Shown one piece after another: positions 27,401-38,924 of a stretch of DNA of 64,000 nt. The notes under the pieces are model-generated. The model was given only the letters and a program-made list of their open reading frames with translations. It did no database searches and was not told where the DNA came from. The stretch is from Bilabrum cf. latius (Eukaryota). The stretch spans positions 496,001 to 560,000 of the forward strand of contig OZ237755.1 of NCBI GenBank assembly GCA_965178125.1, given 5' to 3'. The translations under genes and the position numbers were made by a program. The first letter of the stretch is position 1. Each line of letters starts with the position of its first letter.

Positions 27401-29857
27401 CGGTAGGTGCGTGGAGCGGCTCGCGGAAAGGACGGCCTTGGGAAGGGCAGGCTGCTCGATCCGAGCTTGCTGACTAGCTCCATTACCCGCGTGTCGAAGG
27501 GACGGGGCTTCCAACGGGATACCGAGACCCCAGACGACAGCAAGCTAGGGGAGACCTCGTCGTCGCAGGCCACGACCATGTCCCAGCTGGACGAATCCGT
27601 GTCTCGGTTCTGCATGAGGCTTGGCCGCTCCAACAAGGTGGGTTCGATTATCTTCTTGACTCCGGAGCTTGGCAAGTGGAGCACAGTGGGCGGGCTGGGA
27701 GTGATGGTTGACGAGCTTACTATCGGTCTGGCCGCGCTTGGAGTGGACGTGCACGTCATCAGCCCGTTTTACAACGTCAACCGGAAGGGCAAGGGTGACT
27801 ACCTGCGTCCAGATGGGATCCTCTACAGCGGTTCCAACGTAGTGGTGCAGGTTGGTGCCGAGCGCGTTGAGATGGGCGTGCACAGTGGCGAGATCAACGG
27901 CGTGAAGCTCCACTTTTTGCACCACAGCACCATCTTCCCGCGACCATACCCGCCGAACGATGCAGCGGGGCAGATTAGGGTGCTCTCAGCGTACGCGCGA
28001 GGCTGTCTGCAGCTCATGTGCGACAATGGCATCCGTCCTGACGTCGTTGTGACGAACGACTGGTTTACGGCGCTGGCACCTGCCTACGCGCGCCAGGGCT
28101 TTTACGGTCCGTTCTTTGACGGCACGGACTTCATCCACATCGCGCACAACCTGGACTCGTCCTACGAGGGGCGGCTCTATCCTCAACCGGACCAGGGAGC
28201 GTGCGGGTGGATTCACGAGCTGCCAGAGCACTTGCTGGTGGACAACACCTGGGCAGACGTCGTCGTCAACCCGACTCGATGCGCTCTGCTGTCATCGGAC
28301 TCATGGGCCACAGTGTCCAGGAGTTACCGCGCTGATCTTCTGTCTGGCTCCGCTGTCAGGCACCTGCTCCGCCTAGCACCCCAGCCGTTCGCCCATCCGA
28401 ACGGAATCCCAGTGGCCCTTCGCGAGAAGCGGCTTGTTAAGCTGCCTGTAAGCTTGCACAACGACGCCAAGGCCATCCTGCAGCGCAAATACTTCAACAT
28501 GTCCCGGCCTGATCCGAGCATCCCCATGTTTGGGTTCGTAGGGCGCATCACGCTGCAGAAGGGGATCCACCTGGCGCTGAACGCTGCCGATGCTCTCATC
28601 CAGCAGTACAAGGGCAGGATCCAGTTCCTTGTCGGGGGCATGGCCTCATCCACTGATACCTACGGCATGGCCTGCGCCGCAAAGATGCGAGCCCTTGCTG
28701 CCAGGCATCCCAACTGCTTCTGGGCCGACCCTACCGCGTTCTTCACCGACGGAGACCTCGTAAATTTGGGCTGCGATTTCTGCATGATGCCTTCGCTGTT
28801 TGAGCCTGGAGGCATCGTGCAGCAGGAGTTCTTCGTGGCCGGCACGCCTGTCATTGCGTTCAAGACGGGTGGACTAAAGGACACGGTTATCGATTTCGAT
28901 CCGGAGGCCGGTACCGGGTCCGGATTCACGTTCGAGTCTCACACGCCGCACGACTTCATGCAGGCGGTGCGTCGGGCCATCAACGTGTTCCGATCTCCCG
29001 GGATGTACGACGCCCTTAGGCAGTCCGCAAGGGCTTCTGTCATGGACCTGTCCGTGGTGAGCTGCGCGTGGCATGCCGAGTTCCACCGACTTCGTCGCGT
29101 GACGGTCGCGCCGACTGCCGTCAGTGCCTCCATGGATGCCGCTGATGGGCACCCGGATCCTCTAGGCAAGATGGGGGAGGAGTCGGGGGCCGCCGGTGGC
29201 GGTGCAGGGGCGGCGCAGCGGGCTCCGCCTGCGGACGGCTGCAGCCGCGATGGCACCGTGGTGGTGGGCAGGCTTGCGGCTGCCAGTGAAAGGAACCTGA
29301 CGATCGGAGGACGGGCTGTTGCTGCAGGCGTGGGCGCATCAGCAGCCGAGGCCAGGTCGCAAGAAGCAGCGCTCGTCGAGTTTTGGCTCCCTGCTGCCTC
29401 AGCCTCCGGCGCGACTTCAGTGGAGGTGACCGGGAGCTTTCTAGACTGGTCCTCCCGCGTCAAGCTGCACAAGGGTACCTGGAGAAGCGGCTCGGTGAGG
29501 CAGCTTGTGCTGGCGGGGAGCAGCGGTGCGGCCGTCCCTGGAGGAGCGGGTGCTCGTGGTCCTGGTACTGCAGAGGACGGCTTCTCTGGCCTGGCCAAGG
29601 TGGCCTGCGGCACTCACCAGTACAAGTTCGTGCTGGACGGCAAGGACTGGATCGTTGACCCCGGCGCACCGTGCGCGACCGATGCCGCGGGTAACGTGAA
29701 TAATGAGCTGACGGTGTCCCCGATGGATAGGTCGGAGCGGCAGAGCCATGAGGCGCAGAGGCTTGCCCACAAGGAGACCAGCATGCTGTCGGGTGCTTCT
29801 GCGGCAGCAGGGGAGGAAAGCGATGCTGGTGATGAGGAGGACGATCTGATGGACTGA
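21448..29857 (+). CDS. Multidomain alpha-glucan (glycogen/starch) synthase: alpha-amylase-like region + GT5 + CBM48-like domain (exons 21448-21569, 21697-21790, 21915-22029, 22161-29857; ~2675 aa)
   Basis: GT5 motifs WSTVGGLG, VVTNDW, HIAHN, GFVGRITLQKG, MPSLFEPGGIVQQE and KTGGLKDTV. C-terminal VEVTGSF..HQYKFVLDG..GNVNN. Seven in-frame TAGs (21987, 22934, 24287, 24824, 24827, 26807, 27404). Ends in TGA. Confidence 0.8.
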
Positions 29858-30041
29858 CGATGGCGCTGCGACTTGTTTGAACTGGACAGATGTATTACTG
29901 AGACTCTTGATCGGACCACCCACTATGGCTTCGGCGACCAGAGGTTGCGACCGGCTGCGTCAACGGATCCGTTCGATTCTTCAAAGCTCGCCCAAACGGT
30001 AGTCTTGATACCAATTTCGATAATTATCATTCTGTCTAGAA

Positions 30042-33000
30042 ATGAATGCAGTTGAAAAAGATTCTGGCAGCATCGGCTCTATGAAGAGAACTGATGAATC
30101 AGGACATGGACTAAACTCTGATTCCGTTGAGGACTGGGTATCGCGGCAAATGCTCGACGAAGAGATGAGGTCATCCATCCCTGCTGGTCTTATGATACGA
30201 TCTGAGTCATTTGATGGTATTGATGACCAGGTACAGGCTGGATTGCCGCTTGGTATCCCTTCATCTGTGGCCGGTTTCATCCGTGCGGGTGATTTGATAC
30301 GGTCCATGCGCTAGGAGAAGCCGTCTCCTTCAATTTCGCATGGAGACAGATCTGTCAGCACCCCAGCAGATTCTGATGGTGCCCGACATTCGGAAATTCT
30401 CGAGAAGCGTCTCCACAAGATGTGGCGGGAGCTTGCGCCATTGCAAGGTTCGCGCCGTAGCCTCTGCTTTGCATCCAAGGTGCTCCCAGGGTTACGGCGC
30501 GTTGTTCGTATACTAGAGACGCTTTTTCCGTTTGACCACGGAGTGCAGCTGAAGCGTTCAGAGGCACGGGAAAAACTACGGATGCATTTCCATGGGGTGC
30601 ACGAAGACGAAGTCATGCGTGCATCAAAGCAGAGACAGATGGAACGATAGCGCTCTCGCGGGGACTCAACCGGCAGTAACAGTACTCAAGACGAAATGGC
30701 GGCGTCCCCCGGCGGAGCAAAAAAAGCTGAAACTCCAGGTGCTATCTACGATTCGACTCACGCATTTGAGAGAAAATCCTCCGCGAGGGCGAAGCTTTCT
30801 TACAATGACTCAACAGAAGCTAGTGCTGCGCTGCAGAAGCTCATTGATGACGAAGACCTGGCACAGAATGCGCTGGTTCGGCTGCCAGTGGTACGAAGGG
30901 CTCTGCGGCAGCGAGTGCAAACGACGATGCAGGCACTTGCTCGGCTAGAGTCAGCCAAGAACGACAGGCTGGCCGACGAGAAAGAGCAGATGCAATCTGA
31001 AGAAGTCGTTGCAGCTCTAGCAAAGCGCATGTCTGATGGGGGAGGAGACCTGTAGCCCGCTAGTATGGTTGCAGCTGGCTCCTCTGCTAGCCGCAGCAGC
31101 AACTCAGGGCCTGCTGCCGCTGCGAGCAAAGTGACGGGGGACAAGCCGACCACCCGCAAGCCATTCTCAAGAACTGCCAGTCGCAGCCGCGGCTTCTTTA
31201 TTTGGGAGGGAAAACGGGGTCAGGGGCGTGCTTCTGCAGTGGAACCGACCCCGCAGCTAATCGCCAACCAGATTAGTAAGACGCGCCGCATGGAAGACGA
31301 CGCGTTTGCGATCATCGAGATGCAGGTGCGATTCTGCCTATGCGCAGCTGCGCTCATCGGTGATTTTGCAACGCTCCAGTTGCTGCTGTCGTGCGAGCAG
31401 GAGAGCCCAAAGGTCCTCGGGGCTGCGATGCAGACTGGCAAGCTGGCAGTGCCTCCCAGCAGCTTGCCGCCCCAGCCTAGGGGCTCCAGCGACTCTGCAA
31501 TCGTCAAGTATCTTGCCGATTTCAAGGGTGGTTCTATGGCAGAAAGCACCACAGGGAGTACCACGGCCCGCGTGGAATCGAAGAAGCGTGAGCTTGCGAT
31601 GGCCAAGGAGCACGGAGGTGTCGATGCTGACCTCCTGGTCTGCGGACCCCTTCACGCCGGCGCTGCAGGCGGCAACGCAACCGTGCTCGATCTTCTGACC
31701 AGCGGAAGCTGCAACCAATTGACAGCACTGACGGTTGAGTCGCCCTCTCCATACTACTCCCCGCCGAAGCGCAAGGCCAAAGGTGCCCCGCTTCCGGCCA
31801 TTGCGTCCAAGCACGACGTCATCGGCGAGGCTTTGCCGTCACAGATCGCTTGGCTGTGCTCCAACGTGGTGGCTCACAAACGCCTCGCCGAGAGTGAAGT
31901 GTAGGTGAGAGTCGGTATAGTTAAAAGTCTGGATAACGCGGCGCAGCAGGACGTGAAAGAGGCTTTTGAGCGAGCAAATCGTCCGTAGGTTAGGCCAAGG
32001 CGGCGCATGTCGTTGCTGGACCAGGTGCACGCAAGCAGCGTCATCATGGAGGGCAAGGATGGCGGCTCTACTGCGGACATGCGCTCGTCGGTGGCTGGCT
32101 CAGATGACATGTCTGGCATGCAGGTCGCCTCATCAGTACTGAATGCGCCCAGGCAAACGAAGAAGCCGGCAGTGGCCCCGCTCACGATGACGGGGGCCCT
32201 CGATAAGCTCAAGTCAACGCAGGATCTAGCGAAGACAAGTGCGTCTGGCAAGAAAATGACCGGCATGAAGCACCTGCTGGATACACAGCTTGGATCTGGG
32301 CAGTTTGTGACCTCGCACGTGTTTGATAAAAGCATGCCGAGGAGCTTACAGCTGAGCGGAATAGCTGGTAAGCTTAAGGCTAAGAGGAAGCCATCTAGGC
32401 TTTAGCAAGCCACGCAGGCCCAGGTTGCAAGCATGCTAGCGGATGGGATGTTTGACAAGGATCTGGGGTCCTACGCGCAAGTAGGTGCACCGATGGGTGC
32501 GTCGAAGACTGGGGTAGGCAGTGCAGTCATCACGCAGGCAGAGGAGAAGAAGCTGAGGCGCGCCGGCGTGAGCGGTGCTGCCAGGGGTCTGTCGACCGGC
32601 ATGCCGCAAACCAGGTCACTTCCCGCCCTGCTGCGAGCTATAAAAACCATGCGTCGCCTGAAGGCAGACCAGGACAGGGCGAAGCAAGGCGCCGATGCCA
32701 TGAGGGCTGCCAGGCAGATTGAGCTCACCATGAGGGCAAACGCGCTGAGCAGTTCCAAGCACGGCAGCCCACTGAAGCTCCCCAAAGCAACGGCGTGGGA
32801 GTCTATCGTAGGCGACGAAACCTACAAAGTGGGGGCAGTGACCAGGGCAGGACAATCTCCAGCCGCTGCGGCCGCCGGGTCCGACATATTCCGCGCCATC
32901 AGGGATCAGGAGCAGTCCAAGGTGCAGAAATCACTGCGTGCCGCTCGCTCTACTGGGCAGCTGCCCAGCACTAGAAAGAGACTATCACCAGCAGAGGCAG

Positions 33001-36000
33001 GCCAGTCTCCGATCGCTTCGCCGACTCAGACAGTGACCGGTGCGAGCAGGCCAGGGTCCAGTCGGCCCGGCTCACGGCCTCACAGCCGTGCCACGTCGCG
33101 TTCAGCGATACAGATCCCAGGTTCGCCGGTAAATCTAGCAGACGTTGGATTGGCCGGGCCCTCAAAGGCAAAGTATGAGGATCTCGAGGTCGATGTGGCC
33201 CATCCCGTGGCTGAGCAGCTGGTCGAGGACATGGACACCATTGGCGGCATGGACGTGCTGCAAGGCGTGTCTGACGACGAAGAAGGCGCGGAAATGGCTG
33301 CAAAGGATGCGGAGGTGATGTATGTTGCATTGGCAGCAGCACCAAAGCAGATTCAGGCTAGGGAACTGAGAGGAATCTTTGGAGGTGGCTACGGTCAGAG
33401 GTAGAGGCGGCGCCGGAAGAGAAAGAAGACAGCTGGCGGGGCTACCGCCGGTGGCACAATCAACCAGGTGAAGCCCTTGGGCAGTTCCGCGAGCAGCCCT
33501 GCTCTGGTCCAGGAGACCACATTATCTCAGAGCAAGAAGATCCCATCCAGCACCGTCTCGAAACGAGCACGCGATCGGGCCCGGTTCCTGAAGCGCAAAG
33601 CCAAGCGAGCACCGCCGCGGGGAGCCGGGAAGGTGCATGCAGCCAGGGGGGGCTCGGCCTTCCTGGTGTCCGACACATCCGCTGAGCAGGCCCGAAAGCT
33701 GCAGGAAATGCAAGAGGCTGCAGATGCGTTGCCTGAGCGGCTCAACCAGGCCTCTGAGGCAGCGAGGGTGGAGAGGGTTAGGATCAAGAGGCAGGGCATC
33801 CGCGATGGGGACGAGCGGATGCGCGCACGAGCACGAGCGACCGAGACTTTTGTGGGGAAGCAGTGGAAGGCGACGGCTGCGAAGATGGGACACAAGGAGA
33901 GCCATCGCAAGGGCAGGGTGCTCCACGGCAGGTCCTAGTTCAGGAGGAGGTCTTCTGTGGGTGACGTGAAGGACATCCAGATGGCCCTGGAGTCCTAGAA
34001 GCGGTATGGCGCCGGACATGAGGCTGTGAAGAGCCTGGCATCGGAGCTCGGCGCAGAAGACGTCTTGGCTCGCAGCAAGGGGGGTGCTTAGGTTGGCTTC
34101 GAAGTCACAGGTACAACCCGCCTGAAGGGCACGGGCACTCTCCAATACGGGGAGGGTCTGCCCTGGGAGCAATGGTACGGTGACAGCAAGACCAAGGGCT
34201 CGCTCGAGACCAACGCAACGAAGAATTTCCGCTCGGCGCTGGAGGGTCGAGCTGCCATGCGCGTTGGCGATGAAACGGGGCTGGAGTCCAGAGACTCGAG
34301 CAAGCCTGGCACGGGCGAGGGAGCGCATGCCGACGACGAAGAGCACGCAGAGCTCCTGGGCCGAACTGTGCACAGGGGCGAGCTGCTTCGGTCGTCCTCC
34401 CCGGTACTCGAGGCGGCCCTGAGAGACGCAGAGCGGAGGCGGGCGCAATCGCCCGGACTGGGCACGTCCCGCAAGTCCCTCGTCAATGCAATCGGGGCGC
34501 AGTCGACTGCAAAGATCATTGCGGAATCGCAGGGCACAAAATCTCCCTTCGATGAAGCAGACTTTGATCAGAATGACGTGCCGGCGACTCGAGGCAGCAA
34601 CGCCCGGTCGCAGTCACCGCTGGCCTTCGCGACCTAGTCCGGCTCGCTTCCCCACTCGATGGCACAGTCAGGCTCTGACAGCGAGCATGAGATCAATCGG
34701 GGCGCTACCCCAGTCCGCCGCAGAGAGCGATATGAGGACTCTAATGGAATTGTGCGGCGCGTAGTAGCCACACCAGTACAGGGTAGAGCCATTCGCAAGG
34801 CGGAAGGCATCCATAGAGAGGGCCGACTTGTCGCCTCACAGCAACGGGAACAGGTATCAGTGTTGGGCACTCGGCGTGGCGCGCAGCAGCAACAGCAACG
34901 ACAGCAGGGGTATTTAGCAGCAAACCCACACAGATCGGCTGGTCCTCTTCGAGGGAAGCGAGACGAGGACCCTGTCCGAAACGCGCGCAGGATGTCCAAC
35001 GCCTACCAAGACGTCACAGACGCGAGGATGTCCACCGGATCCACGCCTGACGCCCGGTTGCCAAGCACTCGCAGCAGCGAGCTGTATGAGGACCACTCTG
35101 CAGAGCACCTCCTGAAGTTGCAGAAGCAGCAGTAGCAGCAGCCAGAAGAGGTCAAGGTGATCGGCGGCGGGAACGGGCTTCCACGAATCGTAGCAAATCC
35201 GCAGGGCAGGCCAGTCGCCGAAGTAGTGCCGCTTGAATCGGCACAGCACTATCAGATGCACTCCAGACCTGGCGCCGGAATCACGGGTGTGCCCAGCAAT
35301 GCAACCTGGGATCTGCAGCAGGTGCAAGGGCAGCGCAGCAGGCTGCTGGAGGCTTTGTCAGAAGTTGACCCGAGAAGGATGGCAGAATCACGTTCCCGAC
35401 CACCCGTTGGTCGTGTGCAGCCGGCCTATCATTCTGAATTGAGGAGTCGATCTCGACCTGTTGCATCGGGCGCCGAGCTAGGCTCAGGCCTTGGTATGTC
35501 GCGAAGGCCGATTGACGAGCGGATGGCGCAGTCAATGCCGCTCAGCTCACAAGGTGAGGTAAGGCTGCATCATTCGTCACTGTCAAACGGTGCGTCTGGC
35601 TCTGGCGACGTTTTGGGCAACCCAGATGCTTCTATGCGAGACATGCTGAGGGGAACTGGTAGGCCAGACATTGATAGCATGTCGGCTCGCGATCCACACA
35701 GGACACGAGGGTCAAGGTACGCCAACGAGGCAGCTGCAGCTCGGACTAAAGGCGAGGCGTATTTGACAATGTTTGGCTGTCAGAACTAGCTGCCGGGCGA
35801 ACAGGAGCACAGCCGCCTTGGCTCACCAAGCAGACCGGCTGTGCAGCGTTCACGCAAGCCGAAGAGTCCGCCTGGAGGCCGATCTAGGCCGCGAGGAAGA
35901 AACCAAGCAGATGCTGGCCAGGCGCAGCGAAGCAGTCCTGAAGGTGGGTTCTGGGGCAAGCCAGCGGTGCGCGACAGCCCTTCGAACTCTCCGTCTCGGG

Positions 36001-38693
36001 ACGGTCGCGTTGCACCCACGCCGCACCGCTACGGCCAAACACCGGTCCAGTTTGCAGGCAGTCACAATATTCGCCACGCTGACCAAACGAGTGATCACGC
36101 ACAAGACGCTGGAGATGATGAGTACCGTGCATCGACAGCCGCTTCTCGCTTCTTTCTGCCAAACAACGCGAGCATGGCTGGTAGAGGAGGCTCGTCCGTT
36201 GATCGGGTAACCACAGCACCGGCCGAGCACACTGCGGGATCGATTGTGCAAGGAGACATCACGACCACAATCATCCTGAGCGATGATGTGCGAGATGGAG
36301 ATCGAAGCGTAAACGACACGAGCCAAGGTGATTCTCTTGCTCAAACCCACAAGACAACGAGCACGTTCGCTGGCACGTCTGCTGCTAGCAGCACCAGGAT
36401 GACGAATGTCCATTCAAGGCAGCAGGCGAGGGACAGCAGCACAAGCAACGGGGACTCTGTCATGCTCGAAGCAACCTTACCGGACGGAACGGTGATTTCG
36501 CTTCCAGCAAGAGTTGTACGGAAGCACATTGCCGCAACAGGGGCTGGGAGGGATCTGACCGAGGAGCAACCAGCCACGGCATCAAGACCGCTGGCCAAGG
36601 ACACCCCGCAATCATACAGCACAAGGCAAGAAAGTCTGCGCGAGATGCTGCAGCAGACTGGCCTTCAGCTGGATGGTCCTGAGCACTAGCTTCCTGATAT
36701 TACCGAGAATGCAGAACAGGACGGTGAGCTTCCGCGGGGCGATAGCAGGGAATCTGACTCGAAGAATAGGCCTCGGGCGGGGTCCGCTGGCTCTGGTTCC
36801 ACCGCCCGTTCATCTCACGGTGCGGCCATGGGCTTGAACATGAGACCGCGGTCGGCCATCACTGTGGTGAGAGTGCGGCCCCCTACGAGTGGCTCCGTGA
36901 GAAGCAGCCGCCCAATCAGCGGAGGCAGCAAGTCCAGTGGCAGGTCCAGTCTTCCTTCTGCAGTGGCAGGCGTGGGTACGGGTGCAGTTCCTGCTCAAAG
37001 CTTGTCGCCGCACTCAAGCGAAGACGTGCCTGGTGCTGACCACGGGCCTCGACTGGCTGGCAAGCTGGACAGCCTCGAGGTGTCCGACCACCACGCTGCC
37101 CTTGATTCTGGACTGCTCGTGTCGCCCATGCAAGGGGCCATCCAGAGCATCCGCAGGGCGGTGACACCTGGTGGCACACACCGGGGCAACACCGGCGGCT
37201 CGCGCATGTCACGCAGCTTCTCGCAAGAGATGCCACCCACCGCGCGGGAAGACGATTCAATGGCTATGGACCCCCCGACAGATGGCAAGAACAGTGAATC
37301 GGGGAAGTCAGGGTCTCCCAGCAGCAAGCAGACCGGAACTGTGGGGCAGTTCTCGGTGTCTGCCGACAGTGATAGCGGCTCTGGCGGCCAGCTGCAGCTG
37401 GTGCAAGACGGTGACCATGAGCCCGATGCTGGCACAAATGGAACAATTGAATGGAAGCAGGCCTCGTCTTCGGCGTCTTCTTTCAACAATGCCATCGGTT
37501 TCTTGAACCAGAGCAAGGACACCTTCGATTCCGACAAGTCCCCGTCCAGGACGGCAGGCACCAGCGAGATTCTGGCCAGCCAGCTGCAGAGCAAGGCAGT
37601 CGCCAAGAGGCCAAGCCGCTCGCACTCCTCTGCATCATCGCATGGCGACGGCGACGGCGATACACAGTCCGCTAAGCAACAGGAAGAAGAGCAGCAGCCA
37701 GACGTTCTCTTTGAGATCGACCTGGAGACCGGCACGGGATCGTGGGAAACGCTTCCTGTGTTGCGAGGCCAGCTGCCATCTGTTGTGGCCAAGGAATTTG
37801 CGAAGAGACACAACCTGCCGGAGAAACACGTGGCGGTCTTGCGGCACGTCATAGAGAAAGCGATGGAGAAGTATGATCCGGCACCGGCGGGGAGGGACCG
37901 CAGGCCCTCAGGCGACGTCAGGGCGGCTGCCATGGCCGCCAGACAGGAGGTCCAGGCCCAGGGCGAGGGCTTTGCTGCTGGCCAAGCTAGCGCGGGTGAG
38001 CATCAGCCCAAATCGCCTGTGTACCGAGGAAGCCCTGACATTGGTGGGACGGGACGGGGCAGCAGCGCCCGTGTGAACTCGAGCGGAACGATGCTAGAGA
38101 GGATGAGCCAGGGTTCGAATGCCGTCGAGGTTGACATCGAAGTCTCCGATGATGATGTCCGAAGCTTGCGCGTTGAGAGGGGGGAGGACCTCGATGCGGC
38201 GGCCTCTCGTTTCGTGTAGGTCGAATCGCTTGATCCTTCTCTTGCGCCTCGCGTCGCGACGGTGCTCCGCGCCGTGATGGACGGCCGCGCTGGAACACCC
38301 ATTGATACGAGTCGGACAGGCAGCAGGAGCACTGCACGCAAGCGCGTGTCTCTTGTTCGCGGCGTTCCACCTCGTTCTCCTACTACTGCTGGCAGCACGC
38401 CAGGCATGGAAGGCTCTCCGTCGCGGGCCGTGGAGGTCGAAATCGAGGTGGCGGAGGACGATTTGCGAACGCTACGAATAGAACGAGGAGCAGATTTAAG
38501 TGAAGTATCTAGGCGGTTTGTTGAGGCCGAGGGGCTCGACGGAGGACTAGCTCAGAAGATTGAGAGCGTGCTTGCGGCTGTTCTGGATGGCCGTGTCGGC
38601 AGCCCCCTTGACCCTGACCGGTCGAGCAGCCGTGGCACAGCTAGACGACGAGTATCCCTTGTACGTGGCGCGCCCACAAAGAAGAAATTTTAA
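30042..38693 (+). CDS. Very large, mostly low-complexity hypothetical protein (~2880 aa) with C-terminal tandem domain repeats
   Basis: Thirteen ORF-track fragments share one frame and are separated only by about 15 TAGs. Single TAA at 38691-38693. The start could lie in an upstream exon. Confidence 0.7.
38122..38675 (+). repeat. Two diverged ~85-aa tandem protein repeats (VEVxIEV..DD.R.LR.ERG.DL...RFV...VL.AV.DGR.G.P.D..R..SR.TAR.RVSLVRG.P)
   Basis: Direct comparison of the translations at ~38122-38370 and ~38428-38675. Confidence 0.85.
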
Positions 38694-38924
38694 TACCATG
38701 CCTTCTTTATCGGTGCACCGCCACATCCAAGTTTTGGGTGCCAGTGCGGCCCAGTTTGCTTTGCAACTGTTGCGACCAAGGCCAATCATCATGATGTTTT
38801 GCGCGGCGCCGCCTTGCGAAACCGAATCACGACGTCCGTACCGCATACAGTCGACTGAACTGGGGTAAATTTCTGTGTCTACCGCGCCAATTTTTGCTAG
38901 GTTTGGTCAAAATTATTGATTCGA

